Part shown: positions 1 through 7,886 of the stretch, in pieces
Layout: every line of letters starts with the position of its first letter
Position numbering within the stretch: position 1 is the first letter of the stretch
DNA from: a virus
Lineage: Duplodnaviria; Caudoviricetes
IMG/VR virus record: IMGVR_UViG_3300048848_000256
Span: 1 to 38,982 of that record
Direction: 5' to 3' (one strand)
DNA: 38,982 bases
Position numbers and translations under genes: made by a program
The notes under the pieces: model-generated
Seen by the model: the letters and a program-made list of their open reading frames with translations, nothing else
Database searches by the model: none
What the model was told of the DNA's origin: nothing

Positions 1-153
1 TTCATCGTCTATCTGGGCGCAACGGTTGAACGTCTCCCTGAAGGCGCATTCAAGGACTCTGGCACGATGGTCAATGCCGTGATCGTCGCGTTCACAATGC
101 CGCACCGCCGCACTGAACCCGCATCACCATCACAGGAGGCCGATTGTGGCTGA
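1..153 (+). CDS. C-terminal fragment of a probable N6-adenine DNA methyltransferase (5' part outside window)
   Basis: Frame 1 reads FIVYLGATVERLPEGAFKDSGTMVNAVIVAFTMPHRR...CG-stop. LPEGAFKxSGTxVxxVIV is the typical C-terminal segment of N6-MTases. The stop overlaps the next gene's GTG. Confidence 0.7.
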   Translation, partial: FIVYLGATVERLPEGAFKDSGTMVNAVIVAFTMPHRRTEPASPSQEADCG

Positions 154-445
154 CCATACCCCTACGCCTTGGCACACCGGATCGACCAATCACACCGAAC
201 TGGTCATGGGCTTCCGCGACAACGTCGAGTGTGTCATCTCCGAGTCTGATCCCGAGATCGACATGCCGCTGGACGAAGCTGCGGCCAACGCTGCCTTCAT
301 CGTGAAAGCCTGCAACAGCCATGACGCCCTCGTGAAGGCGATCAAGGCCGCCCGCGTCGAGCTGATGGTCCTGGGCGATCCCGGCACGAGCGCAGAACGC
401 GTGGTAGATCTGATCGACGCCGCCCTTCAGGAGGCAGCACGATGA
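146..445 (+). CDS. Phage hypothetical protein (HTPxPW...EANAxxIV family)
   Basis: 99 aa, AGGAGG RBS, GTG start; motif shared with 36389..36820. Confidence 0.8.
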   Translation: MADHTPTPWHTGSTNHTELVMGFRDNVECVISESDPEIDMPLDEAAANAAFIVKACNSHDALVKAIKAARVELMVLGDPGTSAERVVDLIDAALQEAAR

Positions 446-708
446 TCGAAGCCCGCTACACCGAATCCGAATGGGCGCTGATCACAGATCTACGCAAGAA
501 CTGGCCGCCATTCTGCGACGCTGACCCTTTCGACGGCCGAGATACCTTCATCGACCGCATGGAGGCCGCAGGCTTCATAACCATGCGCACCGCTACCAAG
601 CGCGACGTAGAAGCCACGGCGTTCCCGGAAGAGCTTGGGATCGTCGCAGGACAGCCGATTTGGGTTCTCACCCGAAAGGGCCACGCCGCCCTGGAGACAG
701 CGAAATGA
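442..708 (+). CDS. Hypothetical protein, possible winged-helix fold
   Basis: ATGA overlap with the upstream stop, GGAGG RBS; C-terminal WVLTRKGHAAL resembles a wing motif. Confidence 0.7.
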   Translation: MIEARYTESEWALITDLRKNWPPFCDADPFDGRDTFIDRMEAAGFITMRTATKRDVEATAFPEELGIVAGQPIWVLTRKGHAALETAK

Positions 709-1769
709 GCGAGCTTTTGAAGCGCGAGAAAATGGCGCGAGCACTGTTCGAGGTCGGCGCGCCGCCGCATCAGTTCTGGGACGATGTTGGACTAGACAAG
801 CGCGAACTCTACCTCTGCATGGCGGACGCAGCATTGTCGCAGGGCTCCAGCACAGGTGCCCCACAAGCGCCAGCGCCCGATGGCGAGCGCATGATCACGG
901 TCCCGTACAATCCGTGCCTGGAGAAGCTTCGACCCGGCGAGCCCTTCTTTGTGTTGTTGGGCCGCGACAAGCAGGCGCCGGAATCCGTTCTGTGCTGGGC
1001 TAATGCGCGCGAACGTGCGGAAGGAAAGACGGCTTGGACTGAGCAGGCCCGCGAAGTCGTACAGGAGATGGTGGCATATTCCGGCGCACCACCCGCCCGC
1101 TCTGCTGCAATGACTGACGACGAGGCTATGCGCCGCCTCTCGGCTAACGAGGTCGCCTGCTATCGCTGGCCCGACGACACGAGCGAGCACAAGGCGCTAC
1201 GAGCTGCATTCATGGACGGCGCAGCTTCAGCTGCCCCCACCACCTCGCCCGAGCCGCCGTTTGATCTCGCAGCTTTCCAGAGGGAAGCCGAGACGTGGGA
1301 AACGGTCGAGAGTGAGCAGTCCAGTCATTCGGAAATTCCGAACCACTTGAACTGTTCGAAATCTTCTAACGGTTCGCCCGAGCCGGATGCGGTGAGGACC
1401 AGCGGAAAAGCGCTGGTCAAGCAACTGCGATCGACTATGCACCGATTGAATGGGCAGGCCTATTCAAGCCTGCTGTCGCAGTTGAACGAGTTCGAAGCCG
1501 TCCTCTCCCGGCCAGCGCATGGGGGATGGCAGGACATCAGCACAGCGCCGAAGGAGCCGCAGCCGCTTCCGAATGACTATCGCGGCCCCGATATCCTGCT
1601 CAATCTCGGAACATACGCAGATGTCGGTTCGTGGTTTCGCCACAGCGCCCGCGGTGATGACGGTTGGTGGACCTGCCACACGATGCCCGTGAAGCCGATT
1701 GGCTGGATGCCTGTCCCGGACCTCACGATCGCTCGCAATGAACGCCAGACCGGAGGGCCGCGCTCATGA
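705..1769 (+). CDS. Multi-module early protein with a C-terminal DUF551-like domain
   Basis: ATG at 705 overlaps the upstream stop. It contains a PGEPFFVLLGRD module and ends WQDISTAPK...PIGWMPVP (DUF551-like). Confidence 0.75.
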   Translation: MSELLKREKMARALFEVGAPPHQFWDDVGLDKRELYLCMADAALSQGSSTGAPQAPAPDGERMITVPYNPCLEKLRPGEPFFVLLGRDKQAPESVLCWANARERAEGKTAWTEQAREVVQEMVAYSGAPPARSAAMTDDEAMRRLSANEVACYRWPDDTSEHKALRAAFMDGAASAAPTTSPEPPFDLAAFQREAETWETVESEQSSHSEIPNHLNCSKSSNGSPEPDAVRTSGKALVKQLRSTMHRLNGQAYSSLLSQLNEFEAVLSRPAHGGWQDISTAPKEPQPLPNDYRGPDILLNLGTYADVGSWFRHSARGDDGWWTCHTMPVKPIGWMPVPDLTIARNERQTGGPRS

Positions 1770-1882
1770 CCATCGGCACTCCGGAACCGTTCCGTGGCGG
1801 CCAAGGCTTGGTCGAGTGGACCATCGTCATTGCTACCGCAATCGCCGTGGCTGTTGCTTTCAATGCTTGGAGGTCTGCATGA
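1766..1882 (+). CDS. 38-aa single-TM protein with a prepilin-like motif (not in ORF track)
   Basis: MTIGTPEPFRGGQGLVEWTIVIATAIAVAVAFNAWRSA; GGAGG at 1752-1756; ATGA overlaps at both ends. Confidence 0.7.
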   Translation: MTIGTPEPFRGGQGLVEWTIVIATAIAVAVAFNAWRSA

Positions 1883-2304
1883 TCTACGAAAGCGCGCGTG
1901 AAAAAGCGTTAGACAAGAATAACCGCGACTTGCTCGACCGGCTTGTTGCCGTAACTCAGTCCACCGTATCGATCGATGTCTCTACCGGTGACGATTTCAC
2001 TGCTGGAGATCGAATTTTCGGTAAGGTGATCGAGACCATGACCGACGATAGCGGCAAGGTTACACTGCTTTGCGAATATGTCGGCAACAACTTGGCTGCC
2101 GGTTCGTGGGAGCGCGGCACCATTCTGCGATTGCTCGCAACTCTCGAAAAGCTGGCTTGCCGCCACGTTACCGATGCGCCTCTCTGGTGGCAGGAAGAAG
2201 CGCGCGCTGCTCTCGATGGCCGAAAACCTTGGGACTGGAAAACCAGAGCGGTACCCTCTGATACCGTCACGGTCAATGCGCGCGCAACCACGGAGACTGA
2301 GTGA
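1879..2304 (+). CDS. Hypothetical protein
   Basis: MIYESAREK... start with GGAGG RBS, coupled to the upstream stop. Confidence 0.75.
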   Translation: MIYESAREKALDKNNRDLLDRLVAVTQSTVSIDVSTGDDFTAGDRIFGKVIETMTDDSGKVTLLCEYVGNNLAAGSWERGTILRLLATLEKLACRHVTDAPLWWQEEARAALDGRKPWDWKTRAVPSDTVTVNARATTETE

Positions 2305-2528
2305 TGCCGGCGCCGATCCGCATGACAAAAGAACAGATGGCGGAAGGTTTCGCACGAGGCCGGACGCTGACCCAAGAGGAATGGGCCAACCCCGCGGAAA
2401 TCCAGTGGATTGACGAACTGATCGCCGAAGGCCGCGCGCGGGCTGAGCCTTGGGCCTATCACCCGAACTTTCAATGCGAGAAGCGGAAAGTCACGGGTAT
2501 CGCGTTGTTTGGGGACAATGGCCAATGA
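2301..2528 (+). CDS. Hypothetical protein
   Basis: GTGATG overlap with the upstream stop; GGAG RBS. Confidence 0.7.
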   Translation: MMPAPIRMTKEQMAEGFARGRTLTQEEWANPAEIQWIDELIAEGRARAEPWAYHPNFQCEKRKVTGIALFGDNGQ

Positions 2529-2875
2529 CATTGAGCACCGACATCATCGACCGACTGGCAAGGTCTCTCAAGCCGTTCTGGAATTACACGCAGAACGACG
2601 TGATCGGCGACGCTATGGCTGAGATTACCAATCTCCGCGCCGAGCGCGACGCCGCGCGCGTTGTTGACGGCACTTCATATCAAAAGGGGCTGGAGATGGC
2701 CGCGGCAGTCTGCGACCTGCCATGTCGATCACTGGCTGGAGAGATGGAAGCGGCGGCGCCGATGCACGCGAGAATGATACGCAGCTTGAGCGTCACGTTC
2801 GGCACCGATTTCTCAGAAGATGGCCCGAACGAAACGCCCGCGGTGATTCCGCACAAAGGCGGCACCGATGACTGA
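2525..2875 (+). CDS. Hypothetical protein (DIIDRL...EITNLRAERD family)
   Basis: ATGA-coupled start; paralogous to 37085..37498. Confidence 0.7.
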   Translation: MTLSTDIIDRLARSLKPFWNYTQNDVIGDAMAEITNLRAERDAARVVDGTSYQKGLEMAAAVCDLPCRSLAGEMEAAAPMHARMIRSLSVTFGTDFSEDGPNETPAVIPHKGGTDD

Positions 2876-3113
2876 ACCGATCAAATACGCCATCGATCCG
2901 ATGTCGCCGTTTCCCAAGCGATGGAAGGACAAGCTGGGCAATATCCGCGTCATCACCGGCCCCGTCGAGGGCTATCTGATGGTGAGGCGGCCGGGTGCGA
3001 TGCCTTTTGTTTTGCATGTCGCACAGATGCTGAACGCAGAAACCCACCCTACCCACGGGCCATTCGAGATCGTCCCGCCGAAGCGGAAGAACACCACCCA
3101 GGAGAAGACGTGA
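2868..3113 (+). CDS. Hypothetical protein
   Basis: 81 aa; overlaps its neighbours in the operon. Confidence 0.7.
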   Translation: MTEPIKYAIDPMSPFPKRWKDKLGNIRVITGPVEGYLMVRRPGAMPFVLHVAQMLNAETHPTHGPFEIVPPKRKNTTQEKT

Positions 3114-3331
3114 TGGCACCGCACCTCAACGAGTTCAAAGGCGCATGTTCACAACGCGGGCGCTACAAGCTCGAACTCGTGACTGAAGGCGCCCCAACCG
3201 CCCGCGACCTACGCAACATCATCAAGATGCTGGAGGTCACCGCGACTTGGCTAGAAGAAGATGAGCCGCCACGCATGACGGAAGCCGAGCTTATGGAAGC
3301 CTTGGAGCCCCTCACCGCAGGCCGATCATAA
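3113..3331 (+). CDS. Hypothetical protein
   Basis: TGATG-coupled start (MAPHLNEF), AGGAG RBS. Confidence 0.7.
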   Translation: MAPHLNEFKGACSQRGRYKLELVTEGAPTARDLRNIIKMLEVTATWLEEDEPPRMTEAELMEALEPLTAGRS

Positions 3332-3377
3332 TCAGTAATCACGGCACCAACCACTCACACGCTCACAGGAGATTGCA

Positions 3378-3590
3378 ATGCTCGGCGAAAAATGGCGGCA
3401 TAAGAAGCGCGGCGTAGTCTACGAGATCATCGCGGATTCCGCGTCGATCCAATGTGCGGCTGCACCTGATTTCGAAGAAATGTTCGGCGACGATGACTGG
3501 ATCGTTTATCGAGGCGAGGCATCTGGCGCCTGGTGGGTGCGGCCAAAAGCCGAGTTTCTTGACGGCCGTTTCGAGCGCGTCGAAAACTGA
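3378..3590 (+). CDS. DUF1653-like small protein
   Basis: WRHKKRGVVYEII...IVYRG...WWVRPKAEFLDGRF matches the DUF1653 pattern; AGGAG RBS. Confidence 0.8.
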   Translation: MLGEKWRHKKRGVVYEIIADSASIQCAAAPDFEEMFGDDDWIVYRGEASGAWWVRPKAEFLDGRFERVEN

Positions 3591-3623
3591 TCCACTCCCC
3601 CACAAACACCGACGGAGCCCAAC

Positions 3624-3821
3624 ATGGACGCAGCCAAAACTCAGGAATTCACGCGGCGGGTCATACGAATGCTGCCCGACGACAGCCAGAAGGCAATTGC
3701 CACCATTGCGCTTTGCCATGCGAACATTGTGGTCGCTAGCGGATGCGACGACGAAAGCGCGATTGGCGCCTTCAAGATTGCTCTGGCGCAGATGAGGCAG
3801 GGCGACTGGTGGAAGGGCTAG
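3624..3821 (+). CDS. Hypothetical protein
   Basis: 65 aa, GGAG RBS. Confidence 0.65.
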   Translation: MDAAKTQEFTRRVIRMLPDDSQKAIATIALCHANIVVASGCDDESAIGAFKIALAQMRQGDWWKG

Positions 3822-3884
3822 CGCGCTCTGCCCCCACAACCGCCGCGCCTGTGCTATGACAGGCAAAATGAATGAGGATCGACC

Positions 3885-4106
3885 ATGACAGCTATCGGAT
3901 TACGCAGAGGATTTTCGTCACCAGGCTTTGAGCAAGGCCGCGAATCCGAGCACGATCGGTTCGTCAACAACATCATCCGCGACGTGTCGGAACTGCCAGA
4001 CCGCAGCAGCCTTGCTGGTAAGCCGGGCACGATGGTGGTTACTGCGGATGAGCTATCGGCGATCATCTGCGCTCGGCTGGCCGAGGCATTGGCAACCAAG
4101 GCCTGA
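3885..4106 (+). CDS. Phage hypothetical protein (IRDVSELPDRSS motif)
   Basis: 73 aa, GAGGA RBS. Confidence 0.7.
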   Translation: MTAIGLRRGFSSPGFEQGRESEHDRFVNNIIRDVSELPDRSSLAGKPGTMVVTADELSAIICARLAEALATKA

Positions 4107-4113
4107 CAGGCTC

Positions 4114-4234
4114 CCACGCTCTTGGAGTGAGATTGATACCCGGTGCTCCGTTATGCCTTGCCGGCCAACCGCTGCGGTGAATGATGTCACAATTGGAGCG
4201 AAGCCGCAGCTCCACGCTCTTGGAATAGGATTGA
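4114..4234 (+). repeat. Intergenic direct repeat CCACGCTCTTGGA-N4-GATTGA (2 copies, 98 bp apart)
   Basis: Copies at 4114-4136 and 4212-4234, 20/23 identical. Confidence 0.8.
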
Positions 4235-4240
4235 GGAAGC

Positions 4241-4762
4241 ATGCGAGGACATCAGGAACCTTGCTATTACTGCAAGCGAACGATGCTTGCCGACGTGGCG
4301 CCGGGGCATCCGCTGCGCGCGACGAAGGACCACTACATCCCGAAATCAAAGCGTGTCGGTGACGACCAGCCGCTTATTGTGATGGCCTGCTTCACCTGCA
4401 ACAATTTGAAAGGTGATCGCTTCCCGGAGCAGTGGGATCGCTACATGGCCCTGAACCCTCGCTGGTGGGAGCCCCGCGAGAACGGCAAGCGGATGCGTAT
4501 GCCTCCGCCCAAAGCAGCTCCGACCATGCCCATCGAGCACACCAAGTACATCTTGGAGCATGGTAAAAAGAAATATAAGAGCTGGGTCGAGAGCGGCTGT
4601 CCGGCGCAGGTCGAGTTACGAGCACTCCGACCAGACGAACCGTTGCCTATCGAATACGATGATCCGAAGTCACAGGCTGCATTTGAATCGCATTACCGAA
4701 CGAACCGTCATAACTTGCGAGTGCCAGTTGATTATGCCCCGCCTCTCACAAATCGTCACTGA
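4241..4762 (+). CDS. HNH endonuclease (zinc-binding type) with C-terminal extension
   Basis: CYYC...TKDHYIPKS...ACFTCNNLKG. Confidence 0.85.
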   Translation: MRGHQEPCYYCKRTMLADVAPGHPLRATKDHYIPKSKRVGDDQPLIVMACFTCNNLKGDRFPEQWDRYMALNPRWWEPRENGKRMRMPPPKAAPTMPIEHTKYILEHGKKKYKSWVESGCPAQVELRALRPDEPLPIEYDDPKSQAAFESHYRTNRHNLRVPVDYAPPLTNRH

Positions 4763-4859
4763 CGCCCCTCCTCCAAGCCCACCACTCCTGAATAGCCGCT
4801 CCTACTGCAAGGATGGCTATCACGATAAGGTAGGCTAGGAGCCAGTTGAGAGAGGCCAC
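4746..4859 (-). CDS. 37-aa single-TM protein at the end of the lysis cassette (not in ORF track)
   Basis: GTG directly follows the upstream TAG; MASLNWLLAYLIVIAILAVGAAIQEWWAWRRGVSDDL. RBS is weak. Confidence 0.5.
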   Translation of the reverse strand: MASLNWLLAYLIVIAILAVGAAIQEWWAWRRGVSDDL

Positions 4860-5264
4860 CTAGTTATTCTTATCGATCTTGGTGTTGAGATCCTTGAAGT
4901 CTGACTTAATATCGGCCGCCATGTCTCGGATTGCCTTGCCGAGACTGTCGGTCGCCTTCACGAAGTCATCCTTGAGAACGAAGTTGTCACGTCCCCAAAT
5001 CTCTATCTCGTGCATCTCTTTTTCGACATTCGAGATGTATTGGCGCATAGCCGCACCTACCTCTCCGAAGTTGTGATCCTGGCTTTTTTGCTCGCGAATA
5101 AACTCGGCCCTTAGCTCAGCAAACTGGCCAAGGGTTTCTTGTCGTTCTTCTGTAATCTGCTTGGTCAATTCGGCTTTGATCTTGGCGACTGCCCAGACCA
5201 AGCCGATGATTCCGCCAACGGCGTTGAATGCAAATGCTGCGACTGCGATATAAATCGATTCCAT
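4860..5264 (-). CDS. Membrane-anchored coiled-coil protein, lysis-associated
   Basis: N-terminal TM (IYIAVAAFAFNAVGGIIGLVWAVA) followed by heptad-rich helices. Confidence 0.8.
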   Translation of the reverse strand: MESIYIAVAAFAFNAVGGIIGLVWAVAKIKAELTKQITEERQETLGQFAELRAEFIREQKSQDHNFGEVGAAMRQYISNVEKEMHEIEIWGRDNFVLKDDFVKATDSLGKAIRDMAADIKSDFKDLNTKIDKNN

Positions 5265-5375
5265 CCCTTGTCCGATCAAAGGGCCGGAAAGAGGATACGA
5301 TGGCGTGTCTTTAACTTATTCATGCTTTGGTCGGCCCCAGCCAGTTCGGAGAGATGAGTTCTTCGGGTCGTCTAG

Positions 5376-5585
5376 TTATGCTTTGGGCGTACATTGCTGA
5401 CGATATGTCAGTTCATTAGCCAGCAGACGCCTTTTAACGCCGGCACTGGCTACAATGGTCCCGTCACCCTTCTGCAGAACCACCTGGTTGTAGACTTGGC
5501 AGAAGCTGTCGATCTGTTCTGGCGTGCAACTACTTGGGCTCAAGGCTACGAAGCTCAGCATCAACGTCAGTATCGGATAGCGCAT
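5376..5585 (-). CDS. Putative o-spanin (Rz1-like lipoprotein)
   Basis: MRYPILTLMLSFVALSPSSC signal ending in Cys (lipobox non-canonical); overlaps the i-spanin candidate in another frame. Confidence 0.6.
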   Translation of the reverse strand: MRYPILTLMLSFVALSPSSCTPEQIDSFCQVYNQVVLQKGDGTIVASAGVKRRLLANELTYRQQCTPKA

Positions 5586-5754
5586 TGACCCGCTCCATGA
5601 TTGCCTTGCCGGCGGCTGTCTTTTCAAAAATTGCCTGCGTTTGCTCCGCAATGGCCCGGTCATAGCCTTCGGATATCAGCTCGCGCTCACGAGCCCACGT
5701 CATAATGCTATTGACGAATTTCAGGAGCGCGAGCGCGAGAGATACCCAGGTCAC
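5530..5754 (-). CDS. Putative i-spanin (Rz-like)
   Basis: Hydrophobic N-terminus, helical body, positioned between the holin and the lipoprotein. Confidence 0.6.
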   Translation of the reverse strand: MTWVSLALALLKFVNSIMTWARERELISEGYDRAIAEQTQAIFEKTAAGKAIMERVNALSDTDVDAELRSLEPK

Positions 5755-5993
5755 TGCGTAACGGCGCCAGTCGCGGCCGAAACGGTCGGAACGTCAGAGC
5801 GAGCTGCAACTGCATCAGGAACGGCAGTCGTTCCTGACTTGACGAACAGCCCCCAGACGACGGCACCGATAGAGCCGATCGCACCAACAAGAGTGACAAG
5901 CTGCTCATTCGTGACCCAGCCCTTGCCGACAGCAATGCCGCCGACGCCGATCAGGACATAACGCACGATCTGCCAGATGGAATCCCACTTCAT
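5751..5993 (-). CDS. Putative holin (2 TM)
   Basis: IVRYVLIGVGGIAVGKGWV...LVGAIGSIGAVVWGLF; AGGAG RBS; adjacent to the endolysin. Confidence 0.75.
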   Translation of the reverse strand: MKWDSIWQIVRYVLIGVGGIAVGKGWVTNEQLVTLVGAIGSIGAVVWGLFVKSGTTAVPDAVAARSDVPTVSAATGAVTQ

Positions 5994-6035
5994 AGTCAAT
6001 TCTCCTAGTTAATACGCAGGGTCCGCTGCGCGCGG

Positions 6036-6677
6036 TTACTTAAAGGCGGCCCAGGTCATGGGGCCAACTACCCCATCCGATACGAGCTTGTTCAGCGTCT
6101 GAAAGTTCTTGACCGCGGTTTCGGTCTTGGGGCCAAATTCGCCATCGACAGCGATGCTCAGCAGGGTCTGAAGCTGGCGAACATACTCGCCTCTGGATCC
6201 CTTCCGAAGGGTCGGGGACGGTGCGACATAATTCGGCTGGATAGAAACCGGAATGCCATCCAGCATCCACGGCGCAGTGCTGTCGTAGCTGGCCTTCTCC
6301 GGCTTGATGGAGATGTGAACGTGATGATTATGCGGGTTTGCCCCGCTGTAGGGGCGCCATTTCCACGCCTCCTGCCCCTGCCCGGTGCCCGATGCGATCT
6401 TCTTATTCGAGATCACGTATTTGATGCGGGGATCCTTGATCCGCAGCAGCTGCTCAGCAAGCGCGTAGCTGTCGCAGCCGGACTTTGGGTCGTGGGTGAT
6501 ATCCATGCCCGTGACGACGCCCATAGCGCCATCCTTGACCCATGGATTGTGGTCCGATGAGCGCGAGGCATGCGCCTCATCGCCAATACTGCCGTCCGAA
6601 TCCTTGGAACGGTTTGGCCACTTTTCGTTCACCTGAGCGCGCAGTTTCTCAAGCCCTTTGGCAAGACGCCAGGCCAT
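6036..6677 (-). CDS. Endolysin: putative Zn-peptidase domain plus C-terminal peptidoglycan-binding domain
   Basis: SDHNP...D...HNHHVHIS metal-ligand-like motif; LRKGSRGEYVRQLQ...DGEFGPKTETAVKNFQ...DGVVGPMTW is a PG_binding_1 pattern. Confidence 0.85.
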   Translation of the reverse strand: MAWRLAKGLEKLRAQVNEKWPNRSKDSDGSIGDEAHASRSSDHNPWVKDGAMGVVTGMDITHDPKSGCDSYALAEQLLRIKDPRIKYVISNKKIASGTGQGQEAWKWRPYSGANPHNHHVHISIKPEKASYDSTAPWMLDGIPVSIQPNYVAPSPTLRKGSRGEYVRQLQTLLSIAVDGEFGPKTETAVKNFQTLNKLVSDGVVGPMTWAAFK

Positions 6678-6703
6678 GGTCATTTCTCCGATGTTATGGA
6701 ATC

Positions 6704-6728
6704 AAAAAGCCGCCCGTTAGGGGCGGCT
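6704..6728 (-). terminator. Intrinsic terminator upstream of the lysis cassette
   Basis: Minus strand AGCCGCCC-CTAAC-GGGCGGCT followed by a T-tract. Confidence 0.75.
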
Positions 6729-6800
6729 GGCGTGTCCTGTAGGCACTAGCCCGCGGGTTTACCGTCATATAGAAACGACCGGAACCAACCGGCAAAAAGC

Positions 6801-7886
6801 ATGAAACCTCAGCTTCACGCGCTCACATCGATCCGTTTTTTCTTCGCCTCGATGGTGGTTGTCGGCCATTTTGCCGGGCACTTCCCAAACCATTTTTCGG
6901 GCGCACCAGACTTTATCTTTAGAATGGCTCCGCTGGCCGTATCTTGGTTCTTCATGCTGAGCGGGTTCATTATCGCCTACAACTATCCGACCCTTGACGG
7001 CGCGAGACAGCGAAAAACGTTCATCATTTCACGCATAGCCCGACTGTGGCCGGTCCACTTTGTGACTCTAATCGCCGGCTACTACATCGTCGGGAAGGCG
7101 TACCCTTCCTGGTTCCTATCTCATGCCCTGCTGGTTCAGACGTGGACCGCAGACGCTAATATTGCTCAGGCGTACAACGCTCCGTCGTGGAGCATCTCAA
7201 ACGAGATGTTCTTCTACCTTTTCTACGCTGCGATATTCATCGTCGCCAGCAGCTGGAAAAGATGGGTACTGATATTACTGCCAACCATCGTCGCTCTATT
7301 TTTGTTGGACGGAGCCGGATGCTTCTCGGGCGGGGCTGGGACAGCAACATGCAATTCACTTCTTTATCAATTCCCGCCGACTCGCTTGATCGAGTTTCTT
7401 GCAGGAGTGGCGCTTTACCATCTGCGACCCCGCATACATCAATTGCCCGCACTGTTCGTTGCTGCGGCGGTGTTTCTCTCGGCCGTGCCGCTACCATTCG
7501 AGCCCACCCTTTGGCCGAACGGAGATATTCTATACCGGCAGTTGGTCATTTTAGCAGGCGGCGGCGGCCTGATCAGCGCCCTGTCGTATGATGGCTGGTT
7601 CACAAAGATATTGACGAACAAGCCGCTGATTTTCGGCGGAGAGATCAGCTATTCGATGTACATGACCCATCAACTGGTGATGATAGCGACCCTTCCTCAT
7701 CTGGCCGCTTTTGCTATCGCAGTCCAGTTCGCGATTGTGTTTGCAGCAACTCTTTTTGCCTCTTGCCTGCTGTATATTGCGGTCGAACGTCCCGCCCGCA
7801 ACGCGGTCAAAGACTATTTGAATGCGAGATCTCAACGACCTGGATCAGATCGTCAGAATTTACCCGACACTCGGAATGCCATGTAG
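6801..7886 (+). CDS. Acyltransferase-3 (OafA/YrhL-like) membrane O-acyltransferase; lysogenic conversion moron
   Basis: [40 protein letters not shown] and [11 protein letters not shown] motifs; multiple TMs; opposite strand to the late genes. Confidence 0.92.
   Translation: MKPQLHALTSIRFFFASMVVVGHFAGHFPNHFSGAPDFIFRMAPLAVSWFFMLSGFIIAYNYPTLDGARQRKTFIISRIARLWPVHFVTLIAGYYIVGKAYPSWFLSHALLVQTWTADANIAQAYNAPSWSISNEMFFYLFYAAIFIVASSWKRWVLILLPTIVALFLLDGAGCFSGGAGTATCNSLLYQFPPTRLIEFLAGVALYHLRPRIHQLPALFVAAAVFLSAVPLPFEPTLWPNGDILYRQLVILAGGGGLISALSYDGWFTKILTNKPLIFGGEISYSMYMTHQLVMIATLPHLAAFAIAVQFAIVFAATLFASCLLYIAVERPARNAVKDYLNARSQRPGSDRQNLPDTRNAM

Noticed and set aside
4137-4211. tRNA-sized structured spacer
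   Set aside because: No TTC T-loop, D-loop or acceptor stem pattern, so it is not called a tRNA.
5991-5999. Holin dual-start motif (TTG-ACT-ATG-AAG)
   Set aside because: The TTG is only 2 nt from the AGGAG RBS and adds no positive charge; a single ATG at 5993 is more plausible.
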